The notes: a model not told the origin generated them from the sequence alone. Counted from the stretch's first letter, positions 47,283-57,227 are shown. The stretch is 64,000 nucleotides of DNA from Frigidibacter sp. SD6-1 (GCF_030143255.1 NZ_JARJNR010000005.1:122068-186067); one strand, 5' to 3'. Numbers and translations: made by a program.

Positions 47283-47558
47283 TCACGGCCTGGATCGCGC
47301 CAGCGCGGGCATGAAGCCCAGTACAAAGGCGCGCACCTTCGCTTCCGGCATCTCGCAGGGTTTGAGAAGGTCGCCATGCGCGAGGTGGTAGAGGTTGAGG
47401 CTGACGAAATCCTGCCCGCCGAGGTCCCGCGCGAAGAGCTTCAGGCTTCGGCCTCCCGAATGGCGGGTCTTCTCAACCCGCCAGCGGCGCCCTTCGTACA
47501 GACCTTCGCTGTAGCCGTCGGGAATGCGGTCGAGCGCCGCCCGGAACGGGTCGGTCAC
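47283..47558 (-). CDS. Hypothetical small protein (GTG start)
   Basis: GTG at 47558 overlaps the plsY TGA stop (GTGA). 91 aa. The full 134-aa ORF would overlap plsY by 130 nt. Tentative. Confidence 0.35.
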   Translation of the reverse strand: MTDPFRAALDRIPDGYSEGLYEGRRWRVEKTRHSGGRSLKLFARDLGGQDFVSLNLYHLAHGDLLKPCEMPEAKVRAFVLGFMPALARSRP

Positions 47559-48160
47559 TTCCGGCCGATCCGCGGTTCGGTCCCGGCCTTGATCCGTTCG
47601 ATGTTCGGCAGATGCTTCCAGAAGACCAGCGTTGCCAGCGCGACGGTCAGCCAGATCATTTCGGGATGGCCAAGGAACCCGGCCCATACCGCCGCCAGCG
47701 CCGCCGCGACGAGGGCGGAGAGCGAGGAGATGCGGCCGATGATGGCGGTCGCGAGCCAGGTCGCACAGGCGGCAAGACCCACGGGCCAGGCAAGCGCCAG
47801 CAGCGTGCCGAGGAAGGTGGCGACCCCCTTGCCGCCCCGGAACCCGAGCCAGACCGGGAAGAGATGGCCAAGGAAGGCCGCCCCGCCCGCGACCTGTGCG
47901 GCATCCTCCGCCGCGAGCGCGCGGGCGATCAGCACCGCCGCCGCGCCCTTGCCGCCATCGAGGAGGAGCGTGGCGAGTGCCGCCGCCTTGTTCCCGGTCC
48001 TAAGCACGTTCGTTGCGCCGATGTTGCCCGAGCCGATCTTCCTCAGATCGCCAAGGCCGAGCGCCTTCGTCACCAGAACCCCGAAGGGGATCGAACCGAG
48101 CAGATAGCCAAGTGCTGCGACCAGGATCAGAAGGCCCGCGCCCGAGGTGACCAAAGGCAT
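47555..48160 (-). CDS. plsY: Glycerol-3-phosphate acyltransferase PlsY
   Basis: PlsY signature SGNIGATN. About 5 TM helices. About 201 aa from MPLVTSG. Confidence 0.85.
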   Translation of the reverse strand: MPLVTSGAGLLILVAALGYLLGSIPFGVLVTKALGLGDLRKIGSGNIGATNVLRTGNKAAALATLLLDGGKGAAAVLIARALAAEDAAQVAGGAAFLGHLFPVWLGFRGGKGVATFLGTLLALAWPVGLAACATWLATAIIGRISSLSALVAAALAAVWAGFLGHPEMIWLTVALATLVFWKHLPNIERIKAGTEPRIGRK

Positions 48161-48161
48161 G

Positions 48162-49436
48162 TTATGCTCCCGTCCCGAAAACCTGCTGGCCGCCCACGAA
48201 TGTGGCCCGAACCTTACCTTCCATCCGCGCCCCGTCAAAGGGCGTGTTCTTGGACTTGGATTTCAGAGTGAAGCGGTCCAGCACGAAGGGCGCGTCCGGG
48301 TCGAAGAGCACAAGATCGGCGGGCGCGCCGACCGAAAGCCGCCCCTGCGGCAGGCCGAGGCGCTTCGCGGGATTGAGCGACATCGCGCGGAAAAGTTGCG
48401 GCAGCGTCAGCTGCCCCGCGTGATAGAGGCGCAGCGCGGCGGGCAGGAAGGTCTCAAGAGACACCGCACCCGATGCCGCCTCCTCATAGGGCAGGCGCTT
48501 GCTCTCCTCGTCCTGCGGCGTGTGCATGGACGAGATGATGTCGATCAGCCCCGAGGCCACCGCCTCGACGATGGCAAGCCGGTCGTCCTCGGACCGCAAG
48601 GGCGGCTTGACCTTGAAGAAGGTCCGGTAGTCGCCGACGTCAAATTCATTGAGCGTCAGGTGGTGGATCGAGGTTCCCGCCGTCACATCAAGGCCGTTCT
48701 TCCGAGCCCGTTCCAAGGGCGGCAGCGCGCGGGCCACCGTGATCTGGTCGAAGTGATAGCGTACGCCTGTCATCTCGATCAGCGACAGATCGCGGTCGAG
48801 GCCCATGCGTTCCGCCATCGGCGAGACGCCGGGCAGGCCGCGAAGCGAGGCGAACTTGCCCGAGGTCGCCGCCGACCCCGCCGAAAGCCCCGGGTCCTGC
48901 GGATGGCCGATGATGAGGGCGCCGAGCGATTTCGCATAGGTCATGGCGCGCGAGAGGACCTTGGTGTCGGTCACCACATGGTCGCAGTCGGTGAAGGCCA
49001 CGGCGCCGGCATCCAGGAGGAAGCCGATCTCGGTCATCTCGCGCCCCTGTCGGCCCTTGGTCAGCGCGGCCATATGGCGGATGCGGACGGGCGAGGCCTC
49101 GGCCGCGCGGCGGTTGACGAACTCGAGCGCCTCGGGCGTGTCGATGGCGGGGTTGGTGTCGGGCCGGGTGACAATGGTCGTCACGCCCCCCGCCGCCGCC
49201 GCAAGGGCGGCGGAGCGGAAGGACTCCTTGTGCCGCTCGCCCGGCTCGCCGACCTTCACGCCGATGTCGACGATGCCGGGGGCGAGGCATTTCGCCCCGC
49301 AGTCGATGATCGTCGCGCCCTTCGGTGCGGGGGCGTTGAGGGCGGCGATGAGGCCGTTCTCGATGGTCAGCGCGCCTTCGGTTTCCGTCAGGCCTTCGGG
49401 GTCGATCAGGCGGGCGTTGGTGAGGTGGAGTGTCAT
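48162..49436 (-). CDS. pyrC: Dihydroorotase-like protein (PyrC' / aspartate transcarbamoylase-associated type)
   Basis: Amidohydrolase fold, 424 aa, dihydroorotase class I-like, located next to pyrB as in many alphaproteobacteria. Confidence 0.8.
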   Translation of the reverse strand: MTLHLTNARLIDPEGLTETEGALTIENGLIAALNAPAPKGATIIDCGAKCLAPGIVDIGVKVGEPGERHKESFRSAALAAAAGGVTTIVTRPDTNPAIDTPEALEFVNRRAAEASPVRIRHMAALTKGRQGREMTEIGFLLDAGAVAFTDCDHVVTDTKVLSRAMTYAKSLGALIIGHPQDPGLSAGSAATSGKFASLRGLPGVSPMAERMGLDRDLSLIEMTGVRYHFDQITVARALPPLERARKNGLDVTAGTSIHHLTLNEFDVGDYRTFFKVKPPLRSEDDRLAIVEAVASGLIDIISSMHTPQDEESKRLPYEEAASGAVSLETFLPAALRLYHAGQLTLPQLFRAMSLNPAKRLGLPQGRLSVGAPADLVLFDPDAPFVLDRFTLKSKSKNTPFDGARMEGKVRATFVGGQQVFGTGA

Positions 49437-49440
49437 TGGG

Positions 49441-49836
49441 CTAGCTCGGCGTTACTGATTTCGTAAACGCGCCCAACAGTGAGCCGACAAACTCGCCCGC
49501 CGTAGATGCAACGTTTGGCGATGCCGCAATCTGCTTTGCGTTTTCCACAAGCGTCAACCCGTTAGGCTGTGTGCGCGCCAAGTGCTGAAACCCTAGCGAG
49601 GTCAGCACTAGTGAAAACGTCGGACCTGCCCCATCGCCCATCCAAGGAGATTCAACCAATCGCACAACTCCTTCGGATTCGAGCCAGTTGACCAAGCTGC
49701 CGAAGAACTCGATTTGATCCCAGTCAGGATCTTCAAAATATTCGGCCGCGCTGGTTTCAGTCGGCGAAACGCCATTCTCCGCCAGGGTACTGATCAGGCG
49801 CGCCAAGAGCCTCTCCGATAGTTCGCGCTTACTCAC
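49441..49836 (-). CDS. Hypothetical small protein, low-GC islet between pyrB and pyrC'
   Basis: GTG at 49836 overlaps the pyrB TGA stop (GTGA). 131 aa. Local GC clearly below the flanks. No recognisable domain. Confidence 0.4.
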   Translation of the reverse strand: MSKRELSERLLARLISTLAENGVSPTETSAAEYFEDPDWDQIEFFGSLVNWLESEGVVRLVESPWMGDGAGPTFSLVLTSLGFQHLARTQPNGLTLVENAKQIAASPNVASTAGEFVGSLLGAFTKSVTPS

Positions 49837-50795
49837 ACCATCACCCCCGCCGCCTTCGCGCCGCGCTCGGCCCTGAGGTTCCGCGCCAGAAGGTCCATGC
49901 AGGCCATGCGGACGGCCACCCCCATCTCGACCTGTTCTTGGATGACCGACCGGTTGATGTCGTCGGCGATCTCTCCGTCGATCTCGACCCCCCGGTTCAT
50001 CGGGCCGGGGTGCATGACGATGGCATCTTCCTTCGCGAACGACAGTTTCTCGGCGTCGAGCCCGAAGCGGTGGTAATATTCCCGCTCCGAAGGGATGAAG
50101 CCGCCGTCCATCCGCTCTTTCTGAAGGCGCAGCATCATCACCACGTCGGCATCCTTCAGCCCCTCGCGCATGTCGTCGTAAAGCTCGCAGCCGAACTCGG
50201 CGACGCCCGAGGGCATCAGGGTGGGCGGCGCGATCAGGCGAACGCGGTTTTCCATCTTGCCGAGGAGTATCAGGTTCGACCGGGCGACACGGCTGTGGGC
50301 GATGTCGCCGCATATGGCCACGGTCAAACGCTGGATGCGGCCCTTGGCGCGGCGGATGGTCAGCGCGTCCAGGAGTGCCTGCGTGGGGTGCTCATGCCGC
50401 CCGTCGCCCGCGTTCAGGACCGCGCAATTCACTTTCGACGCGAGAAGGTTCACCGCCCCCGAGGAGGGATGGCGTACCACAAGAAGGTCCGGGTGCATCG
50501 CGTTCAGCGTCATCGCTGTGTCGATCAGCGTCTCGCCCTTCTTCACGCTGGAATGGGCGACCGACATGTTCATCACGTCGGCCCCCAGCCGCTTGCCCGC
50601 CAGCTCGAAACTGGCCTGCGTGCGGGTCGAGTTCTCGAAGAACATGTTGATCTGGGTGAGACCGGCCAGCGCATCGGCCTGCTTCACCGTTCGGCGGTTC
50701 AGGTCGACATATTTTTCCGCCAGATCGAGAACGGTGCGAATCTCCTCCGGCGCTAGATGTTCGATGCCCAAGAGGTGACGCGCGCGGAATGTCAT
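49833..50795 (-). CDS. pyrB: Aspartate carbamoyltransferase catalytic subunit
   Basis: ATCase motifs STRTQ(A)SFE, HPTQ, and carbamoyl-phosphate/aspartate-binding regions. Start at [10 protein letters not shown] (50795). Confidence 0.9.
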   Translation of the reverse strand: MTFRARHLLGIEHLAPEEIRTVLDLAEKYVDLNRRTVKQADALAGLTQINMFFENSTRTQASFELAGKRLGADVMNMSVAHSSVKKGETLIDTAMTLNAMHPDLLVVRHPSSGAVNLLASKVNCAVLNAGDGRHEHPTQALLDALTIRRAKGRIQRLTVAICGDIAHSRVARSNLILLGKMENRVRLIAPPTLMPSGVAEFGCELYDDMREGLKDADVVMMLRLQKERMDGGFIPSEREYYHRFGLDAEKLSFAKEDAIVMHPGPMNRGVEIDGEIADDINRSVIQEQVEMGVAVRMACMDLLARNLRAERGAKAAGVMV

Positions 50796-50896
50796 CGGAG
50801 GCTCCCGTCCCGTTTCGGCGCTTATGGCAAAAGGTCGGGCGCGGGGCAACCGGGTTCGGCTTTGACCCCGGCGCGGCGCAGGCTTAGGGTGGCGCC

Positions 50897-51703
50897 ATGC
50901 AGAGCCCCGCCGCAGAGATGGATTTTCACGCCGCCCGCGCCCTTCTGGAATGGCAGATGGAGATGGGCGCCGACGAGCCTATCGGCGAGGCGCCGGTCAA
51001 CCGCTATGCGCTGGCGGTTGAGGCGCCGAAGGCGGCGCGAGATGTTCCGCCCGCCTCGGCCGCACCGCCCACGGAGGCACCGGTAAGAAGGGCGGAAGAG
51101 GTCGATAGGCTCGCGGCGGCCAGACGGGCGGCGGATGCAAGTGCGGACCTCGCGGCTCTGGCGACCGCGCAGGCGGCCTACGACCACTGTGACCTGAAGA
51201 AGGGCGCGCGGAATTTCGTCTTTGCCGACGGCAACCCGGCGGCGCGGGTGATGGTGATCGGCGAGGCGCCGGGGCGGGACGAGGATCTGGAGGGGCGCCC
51301 CTTCGTCGGCCGCGCCGGGCAGCTACTGGACCGGATGTTCGCGGCCATAGGATTGTCGCGCACCGCGCCGGACGCGGAGACTGCGCTTTACATCACCAAC
51401 GTCCTGCCCTGGCGCCCGCCCGGCAACCGCGACCCCGACCCGCAGGAAATCGCGATGATGCTGCCGTTCCTGACCCGGCATGTAGACCTCGCCGATCCCG
51501 ACCTGATCGTCCTGATGGGCAACACGCCCTGCGCCGCGGCACTTGGCACGCGCGGCATCCTGCGGCTGCGGGGCAAATGGACCGAGGCCTTCGCCCGCCC
51601 GGCCCTGCCGATGACCCATCCGGCCTATCTTCTGAGGAACCCCGCGGCCAAGCGCGAGGCCTGGGCGGATCTGCTGGAAGTGAAGGCAAGGCTCGGGGGC
51701 TGA
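50897..51703 (+). CDS. Uracil-DNA glycosylase, family 4
   Basis: Family-4 UDG motifs GEAPG.DED..G.PFVG.AGQLLD and HPAYLLRNP. Ala-rich N-terminal extension. Confidence 0.8.
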   Translation: MQSPAAEMDFHAARALLEWQMEMGADEPIGEAPVNRYALAVEAPKAARDVPPASAAPPTEAPVRRAEEVDRLAAARRAADASADLAALATAQAAYDHCDLKKGARNFVFADGNPAARVMVIGEAPGRDEDLEGRPFVGRAGQLLDRMFAAIGLSRTAPDAETALYITNVLPWRPPGNRDPDPQEIAMMLPFLTRHVDLADPDLIVLMGNTPCAAALGTRGILRLRGKWTEAFARPALPMTHPAYLLRNPAAKREAWADLLEVKARLGG

Positions 51704-51704
51704 G

Positions 51705-52295
51705 ATGAGGATCCTTGCCTTCTCGGACCTGCATCTGGATATCCCGGCCCGCGACGCGATCCTCGCTGCCGCCGACAGCGCCGATCTGGTGATCGGCGCG
51801 GGCGATTTTGCCGCGCGCAGACAGGGGCTTCAGCCTTTCATGGCGGCGTTCGGGCCGATCGCTCACAAGGCGCTCTTCGTCCCCGGCAACAATGAAACCG
51901 CCGAGGAATTGCGCGGCGCGACGGGCGTTCCGGTCCTGCATGGCGCGGCCGTCGACTTCGGCGGCATCCGGATCGCCGGTCTCGGCGGGGCGGTGCCGCC
52001 CTTGCCCCCGTTGCCCTGGGGGTCGTTCGACCTGACGGAAGAGGAAGCGCAAGGCATGCTCGCCCCGATTGCGGCGGCTGACATCCTTGTCAGCCATTCG
52101 CCGCCGAAAGGGACATGCGACCGGCATGCGCAGCTCGGTCCCATCGGGTCGGATGCAGTTCTTGCGGCGACGCGACGCATGGCGCCTCGCCTGCTTCTGT
52201 GCGGGCATGTCCATGATGACTGGGGCGCAAGGGGAAGGATCGGACCGACCGACGTCATGAACCTTGGCCCGTCCGTCAACCGGATAGTGATTTGA
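51705..52295 (+). CDS. Metallophosphoesterase (calcineurin-like)
   Basis: MPP motifs: DLH (LAFSDLHLD), GDF (GAGDF), GNNE (GNNE), H..H (CGHVHDD). Confidence 0.7.
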   Translation: MRILAFSDLHLDIPARDAILAAADSADLVIGAGDFAARRQGLQPFMAAFGPIAHKALFVPGNNETAEELRGATGVPVLHGAAVDFGGIRIAGLGGAVPPLPPLPWGSFDLTEEEAQGMLAPIAAADILVSHSPPKGTCDRHAQLGPIGSDAVLAATRRMAPRLLLCGHVHDDWGARGRIGPTDVMNLGPSVNRIVI

Positions 52296-52305
52296 AAGCG
52301 CCGCA

Positions 52306-52848
52306 ATGACCCGCATCGACGAAACCAAGGAATTCATCCCGGTCCGCATCGCCGTCCTGACCGTCTCTGACACGCGCGGGTTGGCCGAGGACCGGTCGGG
52401 CGATACGCTGGTCGAACGGCTGACGGGGGCGGGCCATGTGCTGGCCCATCGGGCGATCCTGCCCGACGAGCGGGGGGGGATTGCGGCGAAGCTGCGCGAA
52501 TGGGTGGCCGATCCGGGCGTCGACGTCGTGATCTCGACCGGAGGCACGGGCCTGACGGGCCGCGATGTGACGGTCGAGGCGCACCGCGATGTCTACGAGA
52601 AGGAGATCGAGGCGTTCGGCACGGTGTTTACCATGGTCTCGATGCAGAAGATCGGGACGTCGGCGGTCCAGAGCCGCGCGACGGGCGGGGTTGCGGGCGG
52701 GACCTACCTTTTCGCATTGCCGGGCAGTCCGGGGGCCTGCCGGGACGCCTGGGACGAGATATTGAGATGGCAGTTCGACTACCGCCACCGGCCCTGCAAT
52801 TTCGTCGAGATCATGCCGCGGCTGGAAGAACACAAACGCCGGAAGTAG
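52306..52848 (+). CDS. moaB: Molybdenum cofactor biosynthesis protein MoaB/MogA family
   Basis: MoCF_biosynth domain with the GGTG loop (ISTGGTGLTGRD). 180 aa. Confidence 0.8.
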   Translation: MTRIDETKEFIPVRIAVLTVSDTRGLAEDRSGDTLVERLTGAGHVLAHRAILPDERGGIAAKLREWVADPGVDVVISTGGTGLTGRDVTVEAHRDVYEKEIEAFGTVFTMVSMQKIGTSAVQSRATGGVAGGTYLFALPGSPGACRDAWDEILRWQFDYRHRPCNFVEIMPRLEEHKRRK

Positions 52849-52925
52849 CCGGGGGGTGGCTCGTCGAAGCACTTCGTGCACTCCTCGCTGGGCGACCGAC
52901 GAGAAACGAAGTGAACGAGGAGGCT
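52849..52925. repeat. Stop-codon-proximal repeat element, copy A
   Basis: CCGGGGGGTGGCTCGTCGAAGCACTTCGTGCACTCCTCGCTG...CGACGAGAAACGAAGTGAACGAGGAGG begins directly after the moaB TAG. Internal complementary blocks CTCGTCG/CGACGAG, CACTTCG/CGAAGTG, CTCCTCG/CGAGGAG. Convergent junction. Confidence 0.55.
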
Positions 52926-52935
52926 CTCTACGGCC

Positions 52936-53748
52936 TCAGCCCTTGCAGCCGTCGAACTCCACGACATCCCCCCCGCTGAATACGGTGAGGCGTACCGCGG
53001 AGCGGCTGAGCGCGAAAGGCTTGGCATTCGCGGGCACCAGGTCGGAGACCTGCACCATGCCGTGCCCGCCGACCCGGGTCTCGACCGGCGCGACCCAGAC
53101 GGCGCGGTCGTCCAGTTCCACCACCGCGAAACTGTCCTGCGCAGCGGCCGGGAAGGGAATATCCGCTGTCAGCCGCATCCCGTCGCGGATCGGCTCGGCC
53201 GAGCAGTGCGCGGCAGGAAGGCCCCGCCCCGAAGCATCGTCGGGCATCCGGGACAGCGCCGCGCGGATCGCCGGATCGGGCGCGGAGGTGCCGGACAGGT
53301 CGGCCTTGACCGCAAAGCTGACCGGCACGCAGATCTCGTCGCAGATGCCCAGGTTGACGCTGGCCGAAAGCGTGACCGGCTGGCCGGGCGCCGCCGCGAC
53401 GATCTCGACGGGAAGGACGAGCTCCCCGGGGTAGACGAGCGTCCGGTATCCGGAGATTTCATGGACCTCTGGGCGCGGCCAGAGCAGGCGGACCGAACTG
53501 ACATTCTGCGAGCCCGACCAGTCGAACTCCGGCGGGATGCCCGCCTCGCCGGGGCTGCGCCAGTAGGTCTTCCAGCCCGGCGCGAAGGTCAGATGCAGCG
53601 CCGCCATCCGCGTGCCGTCTGCGGTCTGCCAGCCGGGCAGGATTTCGGCGCGGATCAGGTCCTGCGGCAGAGTCTGCGCGGCCGACGGGCCGCCCGACAG
53701 GATGGCAGCAAGAACGAGGGCAGCGATGTGCAGGGTCCGTGGGGTCAT
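52936..53748 (-). CDS. Periplasmic protein with DsbD N-terminal-like domain
   Basis: Signal peptide. Pattern WKTYWRSPGEAGIPPEFDW...VRLLWP...LVYPGELVLPVEI resembles the DsbD/ScsB alpha-domain. Start taken at the Met after the Gly-rich leader. Confidence 0.55.
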   Translation of the reverse strand: MTPRTLHIAALVLAAILSGGPSAAQTLPQDLIRAEILPGWQTADGTRMAALHLTFAPGWKTYWRSPGEAGIPPEFDWSGSQNVSSVRLLWPRPEVHEISGYRTLVYPGELVLPVEIVAAAPGQPVTLSASVNLGICDEICVPVSFAVKADLSGTSAPDPAIRAALSRMPDDASGRGLPAAHCSAEPIRDGMRLTADIPFPAAAQDSFAVVELDDRAVWVAPVETRVGGHGMVQVSDLVPANAKPFALSRSAVRLTVFSGGDVVEFDGCKG

Positions 53749-53874
53749 GCGACCTAGATAGGACGAACCGGAGCCAAGGGAAATCACTTCCGCGTCAAGC
53801 CCCCGTCATCGGCGCCGGCGCCCGGCTTGCATTCGCGGCGGGCAGGCGCGATCATCGGGGCAAGGAGAGTGGGC

Positions 53875-54429
53875 ATGGACCTGACGGGCAAACTCTTGAT
53901 CGCGATGCCGGGCATGGGCGATCCGCGCTTCGAACATAGCGTGGTCTTCCTCTGCGTCCACACGCCCGAAGCGGCGATGGGGCTGATCGTCAACAAGCCC
54001 GCACCCGACTTGCGCTTCGATGCGCTTCTCAAGCAGCTCGGCATCCCGCGCGGCGACCGGTCCCGCGACATCCGCGTCCATTTCGGCGGGCCGGTCGAAC
54101 ATGCGCGCGGCTTCGTGCTGCATTCGGGCGACTACGAGGGAGAGGGCTCGACTCTGCGGGTGGACGACCGGTTCGGCATGACCGCGACGCTCGATATCCT
54201 GCAGGCATTGGCCGAGGGCGCGGGGCCGGAGCGGTCAATGCTGGCGCTCGGCTATGCAGGCTGGGGTCCGGGTCAGCTCGAGGGCGAGATCCGCGACAAT
54301 GGCTGGCTCACCTGCGATGCCGATGAGGAACTGATCTTCGGACTGCCGGACAAGCGGAAATGGACATCGGCGCTGAAGTCGATCGGCGTCGATCCGTTTT
54401 CACTGTCGGCGACCGCAGGAAACGCCTGA
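53875..54429 (+). CDS. YqgE/AlgH-family protein (UPF0301)
   Basis: Conserved N-terminal LTGKLLIAMPGMGDPRFEHSVVFLCVH typical of YqgE/AlgH. About 184 aa. Confidence 0.75.
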   Translation: MDLTGKLLIAMPGMGDPRFEHSVVFLCVHTPEAAMGLIVNKPAPDLRFDALLKQLGIPRGDRSRDIRVHFGGPVEHARGFVLHSGDYEGEGSTLRVDDRFGMTATLDILQALAEGAGPERSMLALGYAGWGPGQLEGEIRDNGWLTCDADEELIFGLPDKRKWTSALKSIGVDPFSLSATAGNA

Positions 54430-54450
54430 ACGGCCCGATCGCCCTGACCG

Positions 54451-55401
54451 TCAGCGCGGCGCGGCGGCGCGGCGGAGGCGATCGTTGATCGCGCGGCCGA
54501 GGCCCTTTTCAGGGATGGGCGCGACCGCGATCCGGCCGTCGGGTCCGGCGCGGCGGTCAGCCGCGCGCAGGTAGTGGAAGAGGTTCGCCGCCGCCTCGAC
54601 CAGATCACCGGTCGGTGACAGGTTTAGCCCGCTGGCCCCGGAAAGCGGCCCGAAGCCGATCCATACATCGCCCGGATCGGGGGCGGTCACGCCAAGCGCG
54701 ACCGCGGCCGCAGGCGCATAATGGCTGGAAAGCTGGCCCGGCGCGTTCGGGCGGGCGGGCGCGGGATCGGGCGCGGCGAGCGGAACACCGAGACAATCCT
54801 CGATCGCCTCGGCCGGAATGCCCCCGGGGCGCAGGAGCGTGGGGCGCGGTGAAAGGCCGACGATGGTCGATTCCACTCCGACCATACAGGCGCCGCCGTC
54901 GATCACCGCCGCGATCCGTTCGCCCAGACCGTCCATCACATGATCAGCCCGGGTCGGGCTGATCCGCCCCGACGGGTTGGCCGAGGGCGCCGCGACCGGG
55001 CCGCCGAAAGCATGAAGCAATGCCACCGCAACCGGATGGGCGGGCATGCGGATCGCCACGCTCGGCAGGCCGGCGGAGACAAGCGGAGACAGGCCGCTGT
55101 CGTCCCGCATCGGCAGGACGAGCGTCAGCGCGCCGGGCCAGAAGGCCGCGGCGAGCCGCAGCGCCTGATCGGAAAAGACCGCCAGCCGCGCGGCAGCACT
55201 CATATCCGGGACATGGACGATGAGCGGGTTGAAGGCGGGTCGCCCCTTGGCCGCGAAGATCGACGCCACCGCCCGGTCGTCGCGCGCGTCGCCGCCCAGG
55301 CCATAGACTGTCTCGGTCGGGAAGGCGACGAGGCGCCCCTCAGCCAGATGGCGGGCGGCGCGGCCGAGGCCTTCGGCGCTGGGGGAAAGAAGCTCGGTCA
55401 A
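54451..55401 (-). CDS. tsaC: L-threonylcarbamoyladenylate synthase (TsaC/Sua5/YciO family)
   Basis: YrdC domain motif LVAFPTETVYGLG and a Sua5-like C-terminal extension. No in-frame ATG near the conserved N-terminus. Probable TTG start at 55401; the ORF can extend to 55521. Confidence 0.6.
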   Translation of the reverse strand: MTELLSPSAEGLGRAARHLAEGRLVAFPTETVYGLGGDARDDRAVASIFAAKGRPAFNPLIVHVPDMSAAARLAVFSDQALRLAAAFWPGALTLVLPMRDDSGLSPLVSAGLPSVAIRMPAHPVAVALLHAFGGPVAAPSANPSGRISPTRADHVMDGLGERIAAVIDGGACMVGVESTIVGLSPRPTLLRPGGIPAEAIEDCLGVPLAAPDPAPARPNAPGQLSSHYAPAAAVALGVTAPDPGDVWIGFGPLSGASGLNLSPTGDLVEAAANLFHYLRAADRRAGPDGRIAVAPIPEKGLGRAINDRLRRAAAPR

Positions 55402-55535
55402 GAGTATCCGTGACGCTGCGTTGCGGGTTGCGGGCGCCTGACCCAGCGGCAATGATGGGTGAAACCGGCGCCATTTCGTGATGCTGCGCCCTGATTTACG
55501 CGCTATGCCGCCGGTTGCCAAGGCGAGGGGAAAAG

Positions 55536-57227
55536 ATGTCCTACAGATCCGCGGTGAACGAGGTCACCTTCATCCTCGACCATATCGTACCGCTGGCCGA
55601 GATCAGCGCGACCGAGCGGTTTGCGGACGCGACCCCGGAAACCGCGCAGGCGGTCCTGACCGAAGCGGCGCGGATGTGCGACGAGGTGATCGCGCCCCTG
55701 AACCGAGCTGGTGACCTTACGCCCGCGCGTCTGGAAAACGGCATCGTCCGCTCCTCGCCCGGTTTTGCCGAGGCGCTCGGGCAATGGGGGGCAGGCGGCT
55801 GGATCGGCCTCTCTGCCGGGCCGGAGCATGGCGGCATGGGCCTACCGCAGCTTCTCAACATGGCGGTGCAGGACATGATGTCGGGCGCCTGCCTCGCGCT
55901 GCAGCTCAACCCGCTCCTGACCCAGGGCCAGATCGAGGCGCTGGAGGCGCACGCGAGCGAGGAGTTGAAGGCGCTCTACCTGCCGAAACTCATCTCGGGC
56001 GAATGGTCGGGCACGATGAACCTGACCGAACCGCAGGCGGGCTCAGACGTCGGCGCCCTGCGCACCAAGGCCGAACCTCTCGGCGACGGCACTTACGCGA
56101 TCACCGGGCAGAAGATATTCATCACCTGGGGCGACAGCGACGCCTTCGCGAACGTCAGCCACGCGGTGCTTGCCCGCTTGCCCGACGGGGCAAGCGGCAC
56201 GAAGGGTATCTCGCTGTTCCTCGTGCCGAAATACCTGCCGGACGAAAACGGCAAACCGGGCAAGCCCAACAGCCTTAAGGTCGTGAGCCTTGAACACAAG
56301 CTTGGCATCCATGGCTCGCCCACCTGCGTGATGGCCTATGAGGGCGCGACAGGCTGGATGATCGGCGAGCCGCACAAGGGCATGGCGGCGATGTTCACCA
56401 TGATGAACAACGCCCGTCTTGCGGTGGGCGTGCAGGGCGTGGGTATGGCCGAGGCCGCCTTCCAGAAAGCGCTCGCCTATGCGCGCGAGCGCCAGCAGAT
56501 GGGGCCGATCATCGACCATGCCGACGTGCGGCGCATGCTGGCCACGATGAAGGCCGAGATCTTCGCAGCCCGCGCCATCGCGCTGGCCTGTGCGGGCGCG
56601 CTGGACATGGCCAAGGCCATCGGCGCGGCCGACTGGGCGGCGCGCGGCGCGCTCCTGACCCCGATCGCCAAGGGCTTCGGCACCGACGTGGGCTGCCGGG
56701 TCGCCGACATGGGCGTGCAGATCCACGGCGGCATGGGCTTCATCGAGGAAACCGGCGCGGCGCAATATCTGCGCGACGTGCGGATCACGCCGATCTACGA
56801 AGGCACCAATGGCATCCAGGCGATGGACCTCGTGGGCCGCAAGATGATGGATCAGGGCGAGGCGGCCTTTCGTCTGCTCGACGAGATCGACGCGGGCGCC
56901 GAGGCGGCGCGGGCGGCACTGCCCGCCCTGTCGAAAGAGGTCTGGTCCGCCGCGCAGAACCTGCGCGAGGCGACCGAAACACTGCTTGGCCGGCCGATGC
57001 AGGACCGGTTCGCGGGTGCGGTTCCCTATGCCCGCGCCTTCGGCCGGGTGCTTGGCGCACATTACCATCTGAAGGCTGCACGCGTGGCTGGCGCGTCTTC
57101 GACGCGCGCGCGGCTCGCAGCCGTCTACATGGCGCGGCTTCTGCCCGATCATGCAGCCGCACTGGCTGAGGCACGCGCGGGGGCGGACGGGCTTTACGCC
57201 CTGTCGCCCGACGATCTGGAAGCGTGA
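55536..57227 (+). CDS. Acyl-CoA dehydrogenase (long, FadE/AidB-like)
   Basis: ACAD N-terminal, middle and C-terminal domains (TEPQAGSDVGAL, GGMGFIEETGAAQYLRD). 563 aa. GAGGGG ribosome-binding site before the ATG at 55536. Confidence 0.85.
   Translation: MSYRSAVNEVTFILDHIVPLAEISATERFADATPETAQAVLTEAARMCDEVIAPLNRAGDLTPARLENGIVRSSPGFAEALGQWGAGGWIGLSAGPEHGGMGLPQLLNMAVQDMMSGACLALQLNPLLTQGQIEALEAHASEELKALYLPKLISGEWSGTMNLTEPQAGSDVGALRTKAEPLGDGTYAITGQKIFITWGDSDAFANVSHAVLARLPDGASGTKGISLFLVPKYLPDENGKPGKPNSLKVVSLEHKLGIHGSPTCVMAYEGATGWMIGEPHKGMAAMFTMMNNARLAVGVQGVGMAEAAFQKALAYARERQQMGPIIDHADVRRMLATMKAEIFAARAIALACAGALDMAKAIGAADWAARGALLTPIAKGFGTDVGCRVADMGVQIHGGMGFIEETGAAQYLRDVRITPIYEGTNGIQAMDLVGRKMMDQGEAAFRLLDEIDAGAEAARAALPALSKEVWSAAQNLREATETLLGRPMQDRFAGAVPYARAFGRVLGAHYHLKAARVAGASSTRARLAAVYMARLLPDHAAALAEARAGADGLYALSPDDLEA

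Noticed and set aside
47283-47687. Full 134-aa version of the small ORF downstream of plsY
   Set aside because: Would overlap plsY by about 130 nt. Only the 91-codon version starting at the GTG that overlaps the plsY stop is retained, and only tentatively.
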